A DNA stretch of 64,000 nucleotides, from NCBI RefSeq assembly GCF_036321535.1, contig NC_087437.1, forward strand, positions 46,812,001 through 46,876,000. Direction: 5' to 3'. Shown one piece after another: positions 26,711 through 39,451 of the stretch. A program made the position numbers and the translations under genes. Origin of the DNA: Camelus dromedarius (Eukaryota). Numbering within the stretch: position 1 is the stretch's first letter; each line of letters starts with the position of its first letter. The notes below the pieces were generated by a model. It saw only the letters and a program-made list of their open reading frames with translations. It had not been told where the DNA came from and made no database searches.

Positions 26711-27269
26711 GATAATGAGAATATTAAGAGTTATTTTATAGGACATACACATATATACACACACTTTTCAAAGATTAATGACTGTAAGTAGGCAAAACAT
26801 GGCATACAGTGATAGGCATGTTATGGTCATTGGATAAATGTTATGTTTTACTATCATTACCGTTCTCTAGAAGCAACTTTCAGTGAGTGTTAAGTTCATC
26901 TTGAGTGTCCCCCATGGTATGCCACCTTCCTCCCTTTTCCCACTGCATCTTTGTGGGGTTCTCCTCTTTGTATAAATGGGCCAGTTGCTTTTCCCCTGGA
27001 TCTTATTCTTCAGAACAGAGAATCTAAGAGCTCCACAGACTGTTCTCTTGCTACTAGAGATCGCCTTCCATGGGATATCTTTGATGTGCTGCTGCTCCCA
27101 GCACAGCTGAGGATGAGAAGAGCAAAAGGACTGAAGGGGTCAGAGCCCCATCCTGCTGCATTAACATGAGCATCTGAGCAAGCCACCACCCTGCTGGAAA
27201 TCCTTTAATGGGTGCTGACCACTCCCAGGAGAAAGACTCATCTTTTACATGAGCTGCTCTTACCAACCT

Positions 27270-27870
27270 TTTCAGCCTTCATCACCCACCACGCTCCTGC
27301 TTCCCAGCCTTTCCTGGATCCCTCATGCTCCAGGATCTTTGCTCACACTGTTCCCTCTGGCACGACCACGCTTTCATCCCTTGGCTGTCTTTTCCCTCCT
27401 TATCCTTCCACTGTCAGTTCCCCATTATTTCCTCAGGAAAGCCTTCTCTAACACCCTAGATTAGTTCAAATCATTTTGCTTTATGCTCTTGGAGTACCTT
27501 CATCTTTTATTTCAGAGCATTTATCACAGTTTGTATTAGTGTATTTATGTATGTGATGATCTGATTACTGTTTGGTTCTCTCACTACCAACATTACTTAG
27601 TAGAATTTTCTGTGATAATGGAAATGTTTTATAATATTAAACACTTAAAATATGAATAATGTGATTGAAGAACTGAATGTTAAGTTTTATTTAATTTTAA
27701 TTTCTACATGTGACTAATGGTTAACATATAGGACTGCAGCGTGCTCGATCGATGGTGAGGTCCCTAAAGAATGGAACACTGACAATGCAGCCCATTTCTG
27801 CATTCCCAGCTTCTAGCACAGTGTCTGGTGAATAATCTTATCTTGGTAAATATTTGTAAAGTGAATGATC
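27270..27870 (+). mobile_element. L2 3' region with a nested MER3-like element (~27595-27745)
   Basis: tttgctcacactgttccctctg, cctcaggaaagccttc, ctagcacagtgtctgg...taaatatttgtaaagtgaatga; MER3 motif tagaattttctgtgataatggaaatgtt...gaagaactgaat. Confidence 0.75.
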
Positions 27871-29489
27871 CCTCCAATGTCCACATTTTAATACTATAAA
27901 AAGTTGGAAGTCTTTTTTCTTTTTCTAGTACAGTAATTTTCTTTGTTTTTCCCCCTACAGGAGATCAAATAAAACTTTCACAACACTAAGAAATGATTTT
28001 GTATGATGTTCTGAATTGCCTAAACCTTGTAAGAGAGAAATGTAGACTATACATAAATAACACCTATTGTTCCAGTCCACTGAGAATACATTTTAAGATT
28101 CCATGTAAATTTAAAAGTTAATTTTTTGCAACTATTTTTGCTCTTGAATTTGAATTTTCCTTTAAGAGGTTCTTAAGTTTTATTTCTTCAGGTAGAGCAC
28201 TTTATCATTTTATACCATCATTTGAAAATTTAGAATCATTTCCTCTTTATAAACAAAGAATGAATCTGGGACACACAAAGAATGTTAAAGTAGAAAAATC
28301 GACATATATGATTATAATTTCTAAGTAAGAAATCCTTTACTTTCTGAGTATTACACTACGTATATACATTTCCAAAAGTTATCTAAAAGCATTCAATGAT
28401 AAGGCACTTCCTTGGATTAAAAATGCTCAGTCTCAGTTTTTGAAATCTAATCCTTATTCTGTGGATGCCTAAACTTGAGGTAAAAATCCAGTGATGTCTG
28501 AACTAGCCCGAGTACACTTAGCAGTTGCCTGTTGGGTGAATTTGTCCATTAGTATTATCGCCTGTCAGGAATATACAGAAAAAACAAAAGCCTTTCCTCC
28601 AGAGGGAAGATTACCTAATAAACCCACTGTTTCCAACTTCCTTGAAACTCTGAGGTTCAAAAGTACACCACTCACTGCACTTTGGTGACAGAGGTTTATC
28701 TTGGCAAGACTTCTAAAGAAACTTACTCATCTTTTTGCTTATGACTGTAACTGTTTCCTGAGTTTGAGATCTGGGGCCATGGGGACTTTGCTGCAGACTG
28801 TTTATGAGAGAGCTAGCATTGTTTGTGACTGCTTATTATATTTCTGGGTCTGTACGGTCTATTTAAAGGTCATCTTCCTTAGCTTCCTGTCATAAATCAG
28901 CCGGGAAAAAAAAAAGATCTTAAATTATAAAAAATATCTTATTTTTTTCTTTGTATTTTCTTTGAACCTCTGATAAAGTGTCTTTCTGTGCCAGTGTGTC
29001 TTTTATTCATATATCTGGAATTTGTCATCAGAATATGGACCATAGGATGGTTACCACCATGAAAATTAAATATTGAAAAATAAGATTAATGTGAAAGGTT
29101 CAACTTTAAGATCAAGATATTACAGATCAAGCAACAAAAATTGAAGAGACAGATTTGTTCAAAGTTAGGCAAGAATGAATTATCCTCAGTTAAATGGTCA
29201 TTTTAAATATAAAATATAATGTGTCAGTCAGAAGAAGATCTGTGAAGACTGAGCAAAAGGAGAGTTGTAGAAGCAAATGCTGGTGGTAGCCATCCCAGGG
29301 AGCTGAACCCTACCATTTCCTTGGCTTGGCATCCCTGTAGGAGGGGAGAACTTGCTCACCAAGAAACCACGGACTGTTTAAAATGGCTTCATATTCAACT
29401 TGCCTTCAGAGAAAAATGTATAGATTTTCTGGTATTGAAAGCTGGCTCTCTTGACAGGCAGTTCCGAACCAAGTACATTTCCCTGGTCG

Positions 29490-29652
29490 ATAGAGTTGTC
29501 AGGTTCAGCAGAAAAAATACTAAGTGCTCATGAAATTTGAATTTCAGATAAATAACAAATAATTTGGAGCACAGTTATACTAAAAAATGATTCATTGTTT
29601 ATCTGAACTTCAACCTAAATGGGGCATCCTGTATTCTGTCTGCTAACCCAAC
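29490..29652. mobile_element. MER53-like palindromic hAT MITE
   Basis: Inverted arms ttcagataaataa / tgtttatctgaa, with tagagttgtcag ... ctgctaaccc ends. Confidence 0.8.
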
Positions 29653-32600
29653 CTAGTGAGGATCTGTATGAGCGACCAACTGGCCTAACTTACAAGGCAC
29701 GCTTTGGCCTCACACCAGTGTGAGCTAATATTTGCGGGCAGAGCAATGCCATGCACTTCACAGGGTGTAGGATTCTTTCCATCCACTATCTTGTTTGAGC
29801 TTCACGATGAGTAATTTGCCTGATCTGGTGTCTATGACTACCATGTGTTGATCGTCACTGGAATAACGGGCCCTCTGACTTCTAGTCTACCTTCTACTGT
29901 CTGACTGCCTCTCTCAGTAGAAGTCCTATTACACAGCCTTTCAGTAGCTGTACACATTTTATCCCCTGACTCCTACCTTGAACATTTTCTCCAATATTGC
30001 TTTCAAAAAGCCAGTCACATCATTTGCTTCCTGATTAATAAGGAGCTGCACTAAAATATACTTTTCGTGGGAATATAACAAATGGAAATAGTGTTTCAAA
30101 AATAAATATGCCTGTAAGTGAACTTTTGGATTTGACAAACCTTGGCTTTGGCACCACTGAATATGGTTATTTTCTAATTCAGAAGTCCTTTCTTCCCTAC
30201 CTTTCCTCAAGAACTGAAGAGTTCCAAGACTGTTGTTTCAAGTTTTCTTTCCAAACTTTTTTTTTTTTCAATAAAAGGCCCAAGTCATCTAAGGTAAAAA
30301 CCTTGAACAATGGGATAAGTTAAATGAATGCTTGTGGGCTGCTTGTAGAAAAGAATGATATGGTACTTTGCTATTTAGAAGGTGATAATTTCAACTTCTT
30401 TCAAAAGAATGGTATCCAATCATTATGTAAGGTAAAAAGTTCTAGAAATATTTGTAAAAATTTCTTTAGAAATTATTTAGACAGACAGGTAGATAGATAG
30501 TTAAATGGATGGATGACAAAGTGAGAAAGGATCGTCAAAGACAGAATCCCATTTGAGCAGGGAATATGACAGAAGAGGACAGCGTGATTCAGCTTTTTTT
30601 TTTTTATAGGGAAGCTAAATTAATATGCAGCCAGTGGGTCTACTGAGAAGCAGGACTTCTGACTTCAGTGTCTGAAATCTGTCCCTAGTTCTAATGACTC
30701 ATTTTGTGACTCTATGCAACTTATTAACTTCTCTTTATTCTAATCTCAGCCACTGGAGAGGAGATTTAATAATACACGATTCACAGGAGGTTATGATCCT
30801 GAGTCATTAATGCAAGAATCTGTAGAGAGAATATATTATTAGCTGGTAGAGAGGGGTGATAAAAGTAATTCTGAAAGGCAACATTTGGAAATCTGGAGAC
30901 AGTAACAAAATAAATTTGCAATGCCACAATTCTGGTTTAAAAAAGCTTAGAATCTAGAACTGAAGTTAATGGAAACACAGACCATGAAGAGAGCCATTGT
31001 AGGGAGTAGGGACAAGGCTCAGCCATATAGTGGCACATGGCAGGCTAGTTTCCAGTGCCACCACACCCCTTCCTAGGACCTCTCCCCTGTGCGTCTTCCC
31101 TCTACCTCCATACACCCCATCACGGAGGGCCTTCTCTTCCTCTTTGCCACCCTAAGGTTAAAACTTGTTCTGTGATGCTTTATTTATGCTAAGATGGAAA
31201 TAAAGTACTTAAGTCGAAAGGGTATTATTTTATAAGCTGGCCCCAGAATTCCTTCTGAGAAAAGAATATTTTGGGTTTAACATTGGAGAAAAAAAGGAGA
31301 AGTTGGCAAGAATAGATAGGAGGGAGACAACTATTTTTCAAAGAAATGACATTGTGAGGTGAAGATGGAATTGGGGAGGTGGGAGAAGAGGAAATCAGAG
31401 GGCAGGAGGAAAGCCAGCGTCCAGGTTGGCAGAACGACAGAGGTACATGTTAGAACTTCGATACTTAATATTCATTCCGAAGCTGTTCACACTGAGGGGT
31501 ACAGAACCACCCACGCCAAGGCCTTTTGTCTTTTTATCTGTGTGTGTGGAAACGAAGGAAATGGGTCTGAGATGCAGGTTTAGGTCACAATAGGAGAACC
31601 CGGACAGCTGACAAATGAAGGTAAAATGACACATGAATTAATTCAGAGGAAAAGGGCTTTGCAAGCGAGAGGTGACTAAGAAAAAAAATGTAAATACATC
31701 ACCTCCCTCAGAATTTCCATAATAATTGGGAGGAACAAGGTTTTCTACCACCAACAGGAAGGAGTCTAAGCACATTGTGCTTTAATCTTCACAGACTGGA
31801 CAACCTCAACAACTCCAGGGTTTAACCTGGGCCATCAGGCCCTTCTGTGGGACTGCGGGATGCGAGGCAGAAAGCCGGCGACCCCACATCTCCCTCCCTT
31901 CTGCATCTCCCCCAACCTGATCCTAGTGGCAATTCCAGAAAAGACTTCCTTTGAATTGTGCAGCTGGGGGAAAACTGCTTTAAACACTCAGAAAGTCATT
32001 CACCTGAAGCCTCACTTCTTGCAGGGATATTTTTATTTTAACACAGATTGAATAAAATGATAAAGGCTTTATGGGGTAATTTCATGAGCAAGACTTCCCA
32101 GGGTGGGGGGGGGTGGGGAGTAGGAAAAGTGTGTGTGTGGGGGGGTGGAGCTGGAAGAGGATAAGGCCAGGGAGCTCAACAGCCCAAGACATTCCCCAGA
32201 GGAGCATTTTAAAAATTCTATTTCAGGAGAAAGAAACAATAGATTTTAAGAAGAAAAGCTGCATAATATGAATTCTGTTGGAGACCTTTAACATTGTATT
32301 CTGCCACCAGAATATCTCAAAGACCCTAATGCCTAATAAAAAGATTCAAATATTATTATACTGTCCACTGAAGCTGTAGCAACCACGGCTTACACTAAGT
32401 TTTGTTTTTCAGGCTTATATTAAGTTTTGTTTTATAAGAAGAGGTATTAGATGTTGCTGTGGAATGCTGATAATTTCTTAAGGGGGATGTCAGCCAGAGG
32501 TACCAAGAAACTCTTCTCTTCATCTAAGACAAGGTATAATTTTTCACTTAAAAATTAAGATTTTAGTCTCATTCCTTCACTCCTCTCAAATTGCTTTTTT

Positions 32601-33621
32601 TAGAGACTACTTAACATTTCTTACATTACTTTTTCAAAGGTAATGCCTTTGAGAACTGAGTTCAGGATTCTAAGATTTCTGTTCTATCATTTGGTGCTGG
32701 CAGAGAAGAGCTCCACACTTTTCAAATGATTTTTAAATGACAACCTCGCAGCTGATTTTTAAATAGCCTCTTTCCATTTCTGAGGAATTGCCTTGGAGTT
32801 CAAATAAAATGAGTCACCCAAGGAAAAAAAAAATCACAAGCCATTTTTATGCCTCATCCAGAGCAGAAATTTAATTTAATGGCATTGACAGAGCAGAGCC
32901 CCTTCATGCAGCAATTTAAAAATTCTGTTCCTTTACTTTTATGACAGCAACAAATTCGGTTATCTATGCAGCTGAAATAATAATCAACAGTGAATAATCT
33001 TGGTGCTCATGTACGTCTGGGAAGGGGGTGCTACTGACAAGAAAAGGGGGCTAGACGTAATACCACAGGGGGAAGTAATTCTAGAATGTAATTTGAGGTG
33101 GGTCTTTGGAGTCTGACTTCCCTGTAGCGGGGCTTGGAGCAGTCTCACTTCTCCATGGTTTCTGCACTCTCCCCCTGCCGTTTGCTTGGAAGGCTTTCCC
33201 TGTGGGAAAGTGGGGGCTGGGAAATTGGGAACTTGAAATGGCTCAGCCTTTCAAAATTCAAACTGGTCACCTTCACCACATGTCTGTAACCTGAAAATGT
33301 TATAGAGGACGTACCAGAGCACAGAATTCTGAGCTAAGTCCTGGTGACCCCTTTCAGCCCGGGGCGGGGGGGAGGGCTTTCCTTGACCCTATGCCCGAGG
33401 ATGCACCCATTACGGACAGCAGATTTATCTAAGTGTCCATTCATGTTCTCACTTGCCTCCAGAAGAAAATTTACACTTTTAGACTAAGTGGCAATACTGT
33501 TTCATGGGCTCTCTGCTCCATTTGGAAATAATCTCCTCTATGGCTATTTTATTTCCTTAACAAGACACATTCTTTAAAATGTATGACACAAGAAATTATA
33601 GTTAAGACATACTTGAATTCT

Positions 33622-33840
33622 ACAGCTTTAGTATACTGGTTAAGAGTGCTGACTCTGGAGCCAAACTGATCACCAGGTTCCTCTTCCACCTAGGCCCACC
33701 TGCTAGCTGAGTGCCACTGGAAAAGTCTCTGTGCCTCAGCTTCTTCATCTGTAAAATGGGATGATAGCTTGTGGTGAGGATTATTAGACAAGTAAATAAA
33801 TATAAAGTGCTGTTTGACAATCAATGTTAGCTATTATTAT
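33622..33840 (+). mobile_element. MIR SINE, near full length
   Basis: tggttaagagtgctgactctggagcc...ctctgtgcctcagcttcttcatctgtaaaatggg...gtgaggatta...atgttagctattatt. Confidence 0.9.
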
Positions 33841-34196
33841 TCCCTAGAATTGAGTGTGAAGTAAATCATTTGATTATGTTCAACAGATACAGCTGTTTAC
33901 AGTTTATGAGTATTTTCCATATATATTAGTCCTTCAGATATTCACAAATACCAAGTAAGGGCATCTAGGACCTATGTTTTTATTCTCATTTTATGGATGC
34001 CTAAGGTAAATCAGTAATCAGTAGTGGCTCTAGTTAATGAGGCTGAGGGAGACAAAGTCTTGCCTGCATCACACAGGTTAGCTGCAAAGCTTGGACTTGA
34101 ACCCACTCTCAGCCACCTTGACTTCATCTTACAGTATCTCCTCAAAGAATCCAACCTCTCCCCCATGCTCAGAGCCACTCGTCCATTGGTATCAAC

Positions 34197-34502
34197 AGTG
34201 CCTATGATTAATAAACTTTACAAAGGCCAACTGAAAGTTTGAGACCTAGAAAAATAATTTCGGCTACAAAATAATAAAAGAACATTGCAAAACTAAAAGC
34301 AATAAGTATTTTAATTAAATTGTGATAAAATATAACAAGTTAACTAAATAACTGCAATAATTATTACAGAAATAAATATGTAAATTTAAATTGATCTGGG
34401 ACCGAGGTGCATTTTAATTTATTTATTATTATAATATGGGATGGGAGGGGGTCTCCAACAGTAAGAATGCCTTGGGCTTAGAAGGACCCTAAAAAAGCCC
34501 AG
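34197..34502. mobile_element. Possible hAT-Tip100 non-autonomous element
   Basis: AT-rich interior and an end (agtaagaatgccttgggc...gccc) resembling Tip100-family termini; weak. Confidence 0.35.
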
Positions 34503-35934
34503 ATGAACACACTAAAACCAACCCTACGTATGAGGATCAAAAGAACTCTCAAGCTGTCTGGTATATGAGGTGGAAGAGTGTGAACGGTCCTTTTTTGCCT
34601 GTATCACAAGTAAAGCAGCTTCTTCTTATTACATAACCGTCTTAGTCAGGCTCGGTAATGCGGCATTTGGCGAGGCCGTCCTGTACTATTTGTGGCTCAC
34701 TTAATCCCAGTGTTCCTCCCGGGGATAGGCCTAACAGAGAGATGTTTCATCTTGGTGCTTTTCCTGTGAAATTTTTTGATCCAATTATCTTTTAATCTTT
34801 GGCTGCACAGTGAGTCGGGTGGACAATTCAGCATCTAGCGCCCTTGTCTATAATGACAATTAGCCCAGGAGACAAGAGAGTTGAAGAGTATTTTAAATCA
34901 AAGAAAGTAATTCTGAACAGCAGAAAGCGTCATCGGTTACTTAATTCTCTGTTCCAGATGGTACCCAGATAGAAAGAGCAACTAGATTTTAAGGATGTTA
35001 TCAATTTCCTTCGTGAGAACTAATTTTAGTTCTAGCTCCTCCCATTCTCCCAACCATGGAGTTCCTCTGCCTTTGTCTTCTTATTCCTTTTGCCTTAAAC
35101 ATTTCATAACATTCAGATCTCTGACATCAATGTGGATGACACAGCTCCCATACTGGGGAATCTTATGTCGCTTGTTGGCAATGAGGGTTTATTCTGTTTA
35201 ACCACAGTAAAAGCCAAGGATGCAAAGTGACTCCACACTTGGCTTGCCATTTCCCAGCCCTCTGTTGACCTCCCTTCTTCCTCTTCCAGGCTAACCTCCT
35301 GAGGCCGTGGCTTCAGCCATTCTCTCACCAACCTCCTCCACCCGCCCAGCCCTTTGTCCTTCCAGCCCGCAACCTCCACAGTTCCCGAACCTGCTTCAGC
35401 CTCAGGGTCTGTCACCTGCTTCTACACGAAGTCCACGGACTATCACTGCAGAAATCCACTCAGAGTTACCGCTGGCAATCTGCCCTGGGGAGTCCTGTTC
35501 CTTTTAAACCCTTGTATTTATCTTTGGTCAGCAGCCCATCTCATTGTGAGCCCTCCAAACTTTCTCTTCAAGTCCTCGTCCCCATCCTCTCATCAAATAG
35601 CTGAACCACTTTCGTATCAAGACAGGCCCAAGGCACTTCAAGTTTCCTTCGCTGTCCCCTGCCGAACTCTCTCAACAGCCACACCTCTCCTTCAGTCTGA
35701 TGAAAAGGTGTTACACCCCCTTGTCACGGTAAAGCTCCCATCTGTACCCTTCACTACATCCATCTTTGCACTTTCCTGTATGCCTGTCACTGAAGTTGCA
35801 ACCAAACAAAATATAGAATGCTTGCTCCAAAGATAGTAAGAGAGATGGGCAAGAGAATGACAAATGTAACATGGTATGGTATGTGTCATTTTGCTCTCTC
35901 TCTTTTTTTTTTTTTTTTTTTTTGGCTTCAAGAG

Positions 35935-36400
35935 TATCTACTCTAGAATACTGAGGCCAGAAAACTGTCCCAGTGAAGGCAATACCTGAACCAAGCCACG
36001 CAGGTTAAGACAGAACTAACATGGATTAAAAAAAAAGTGGGAGGAAAGACCATCCCATACAGAGTGAGCAGAAACACAATGGCACAGAATCATGAAAAGG
36101 AATGACATCTGATCTAAAGCTGAGTTCTCTAAGTTGAGTGGAAAAAATGCAAAGTAGGACAAGTATTCAAGGATCCAGCTCTGAAATACAGCATACAGAA
36201 GAAGGAGCTTATGTTTTTATACTGGTGATCCTGGGGAGCCATTGAAAGTTTCTAATCATGGGAAGCGTACAAGCACATTTACATTTTATAAAGAGCATTT
36301 GAATGCAATGTGGGAGACAGATTGCAGCAGTGGGATAGACTCAGGGGCTTGAACTGGGAGGAAGACCGGTCAGTAAACTTACAGGCCGAGAAAGACAATA
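35935..36400 (-). mobile_element. L2 fragment
   Basis: ggggagccattgaaagtttctaa, gaaagaccatcccatacagag, gaagaccggtcag are typical of antisense L2. Confidence 0.65.
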
Positions 36401-38239
36401 GGGTGGAAGTTGTGCAGTGCTGCCTTGGAGGCTCAGTGGGAGGGGAGCCTTCACTGGGCACCAGTACCCTTGAGCACCAGGCACCACTCATTGCAAAATC
36501 TCTTGTATAGTTGTAAATGCCAGCGCCCTGGCCTTGTGATGGTCCCGCAGCAGATTTCACTGACAAAAGCCAGAGCAAAAGAGAAGCAAAAATGTAGGCC
36601 CCACAGAGGAACCAAAAGTGCTCTGGGTTTCTAAGTCTACATGAAGAACTGACAGGGTCAGTTATGAGTGAGGCTGTGTGTTTGGATGGGGTGTAGAGAT
36701 TAACACACGGAGATGAAGTTCCTACAAAAACGGATTGAGGCATGGGGAGGAGAGAGTTACAGCAACCGACTGTAATTCACTTATACTTTTTCCTGGGGCG
36801 TACCCTCAGAGGAAAGGAAAGAGGGTATGTCACCCAGGCTAATCTCCTTGTCAACTGAATCTCCAAGTAGATAGGCCAATAATATACGCTAGGAGGAGGA
36901 GACCTTGACTTCAGAATGTCCTCAATAGGATGTCCCTGGATAAAAATGTATCTATGATAAACCAGAATCTCTGGATTTGTAAGACATGGCTCTCTACAGA
37001 ATTTCATGTAAGCTCTACCACCCTGAGATATAAAATGGGAATTTTTCATAATTTAAATGCTCCTTGCTGTGCGAAATAACAGTCGCACTTACAGACTTCA
37101 CTTTTTCTGAGCCAGAAGTATATGTTTGCTCCAGGAAGAAAGGACCTGGCTGGCTGTCCTTGATGTCCCACGTCCTTCCCTGACCTCTCTGTGCCTCTTG
37201 GTAGCCAATACCTTGGGTAAGATTTGTGAGTCTGATTTCACAGTCCGGTCCGGCGCATCACATCAGAGCAGAATTAGTGCAATATGTTTAATCTTGTTTG
37301 TTACGTGCCTAGTTCTACCTACTGAACTGTTTGTTCTGGGAAAAACAGGTTATACTTAAATTTTCTGGTTTAATCTGTTTGACCAAATTAAACAATTCTT
37401 ATCCATCCAACTGAACGTGAATTTTTATCTACAGCACCTATCGAGCTATCACCACTAATTTGGACCAGTGAAGGTAGTTTCTGGCTCCTTCCACCACCAA
37501 GATAATCCCTGACTTATTTTTGAGGTATTACAAGTGCAAATAAAATGTACTTTAGTGCACATCTTCATAATCTTGTTTCTGTGTCCCAACTGGAAGGAGT
37601 CACATGGATTAGAGTAAAAATATCTGTGGAAATTCTCTTCTATGCAAAGCAAGTATAGGCACTGCTTTAAATCCACAAGATAAAGCAAGCAAAGCTATGC
37701 TTTCTTCTCTAGGGCGATTTAGGCTAACAGTAAGGCAATTACTGCCTGTAGCAGAAGAAAGCTGTCCCCACAAGTAGGCAGCTGGGGAGCTGTGAATTAG
37801 CTTTTCAACACCTGAAGCATAAGTTAGAGAAAGATAATGGCTCTGCTTCGAGAATAATAAGAAAAGCCTGGGGTTAGATAAGGTCCCTTTCTTCACAGTA
37901 ATTTTTCACATTTTAATAATTAGTAGTACATCAATATTTATGTTATCACAATAAAGAGGCAAATTTGGGGGGAAATGTTCAATCGTGTGTGTGTGTTCTG
38001 TTCACAGCTGTCCAGGATTAGAGAGCGCTCTGTGTCAGGGCGGGGACATTTCCTGTCAGGACTTTCTACATCAATGCAGATTGCCTGGGAGAAGTTAGGC
38101 CACTTCTAAAATGCTAGCCTGGCAACTCTAGACCTAAAATGTGATGCTTAAACTGCAAGTGAATTTCATGGAGCTATGCTGTGGGGACCTTGTAAGCACA
38201 TTATTGAAGACTGAGGGGTATCCCTGATATTACCTACTT

Positions 38240-38397
38240 CAGTGGTTTTCAAATACTAGTGCCCATCAGATTCACCTGGGCTCCACCCCGGTGTTGATTC
38301 AGTAGGTTTGGGGTGGGGGCCCCCAAACTGCATTTCTAACAAATTTCCAGGCGAGGGTGACACTGCTTATTCAGGAACTACGCTTTGAGAAACACGG
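38240..38397. mobile_element. MER5A-like element
   Basis: cagtggttttcaaa...gattcagtaggtttggggtgggg...tgcatttctaacaa...ctttgagaa. Confidence 0.85.
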
Positions 38398-38414
38398 GTC
38401 TCCTGCACGTAAAT

Positions 38415-39451
38415 CAGAGTTCCCTACTATGGCTGCCCTTGAGTATTACCTGGTGGGCTTTTAAAATACTATTGCGACCGACCTCAGAGAGGTCCCAACG
38501 GCCAAAGCTAAAATGATCTGAGTAACAGAATACATGCAGCTTGGGATAATAACCCAAAGTATAAAATAAATATCCATAAGCCTGTATCTACATAAATAAA
38601 GGGTTAAATAAGCAAATGAATGTGGGAGAAGAGACAAATCCTCTTTATGAAAAAATGGCAAATACTTCACATTGATATGCCTCACTGCAGGAGGTGAACC
38701 CAGACTCACACCGCCCCTACTTTTAGTGACTTACCTCCAAAAACTAGAGTACGGGAAGGGGAAGAGAAGGGAGAATAACTTCTCAGTGGAGAAATCGGCA
38801 AACGCCACCTTGGGCAGGTGATCAAGGTTCACATCCCCAGGGGAAGTCATGCTCATGGTGTTTACACCCTGATGTGGGATGAAGGCACTTTACCTCTGTG
38901 CTAGTCTTTCCCCAAATGCATAATTCCACTCTAACCGTGAGAAAAGCATCAGAAAAATCCCAAATTGAGGGATACTCTTCAAAATATCTGGCCAACACTC
39001 ACCAAAACTTCAAGGTCACAAAAAACAAAGACTGAGAAACTATCACAGACCTGGTAAGATGAAGGAGACATGATGACACAATGTAATGTACCCCAAGTGG
39101 GATCCTGGAGCCAAAAAAGGACAGGAGTGGAAAAGATAATGGAATCAAATAAAGCCTGGATTTCAGTTAGTAACAATGCACCTATGTTTGTTCTTAGTTG
39201 TGACAAAGCTCACATGGTGGGAATGTTAAGATAAGAGGGAAACTAAGTGAAGGGCATATAGGGTCCCTCTGTGCTTCCTTTGCAACTTTCTATAAATCTG
39301 AAAGCATTCCAAAAAATTAAGTTTATTTTAAAAATATTAATGGAAACACCATAGACAAATTAAATTAGAATCTCTGGGATGCCACCTGGGCATCAGGATT
39401 GTTTTAAGCCCCCAGATGATCTTTATGTGCAGCCAAACTTGGGAACCACTG
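38415..39451. mobile_element. MER5-like element split by an L1 insertion
   Basis: Left part ...ggctgc...attacctgg..gcttttaaaatact and right part aattaaattagaatctctggg...gtgcagccaaacttgggaaccactg. Confidence 0.65.
38490..39335 (+). mobile_element. LINE-1 3'UTR (L1MD/L1MC3-like)
   Basis: ataacccaaagtataaaataaatatccat...cagtggagaaa...cccaaattgaggga...gggatcctgga...tttgcaactttc. Confidence 0.85.

Noticed and set aside
27940..28034. Strong + strand splice acceptor followed by a gtaaga donor
   Set aside because: Stops in all three frames and no other support; at most a non-coding or cryptic exon.
32100..32150. G-quadruplex-like G-runs (also near 33360)
   Set aside because: Common low-complexity sequence with no supporting context.
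35354..35836. 160-aa ORF, and the 154-aa ORF at 36279-36743
   Set aside because: No recognisable domain; the first starts at a non-ATG codon and the second partly overlaps an L2; consistent with chance in moderately GC-rich DNA.
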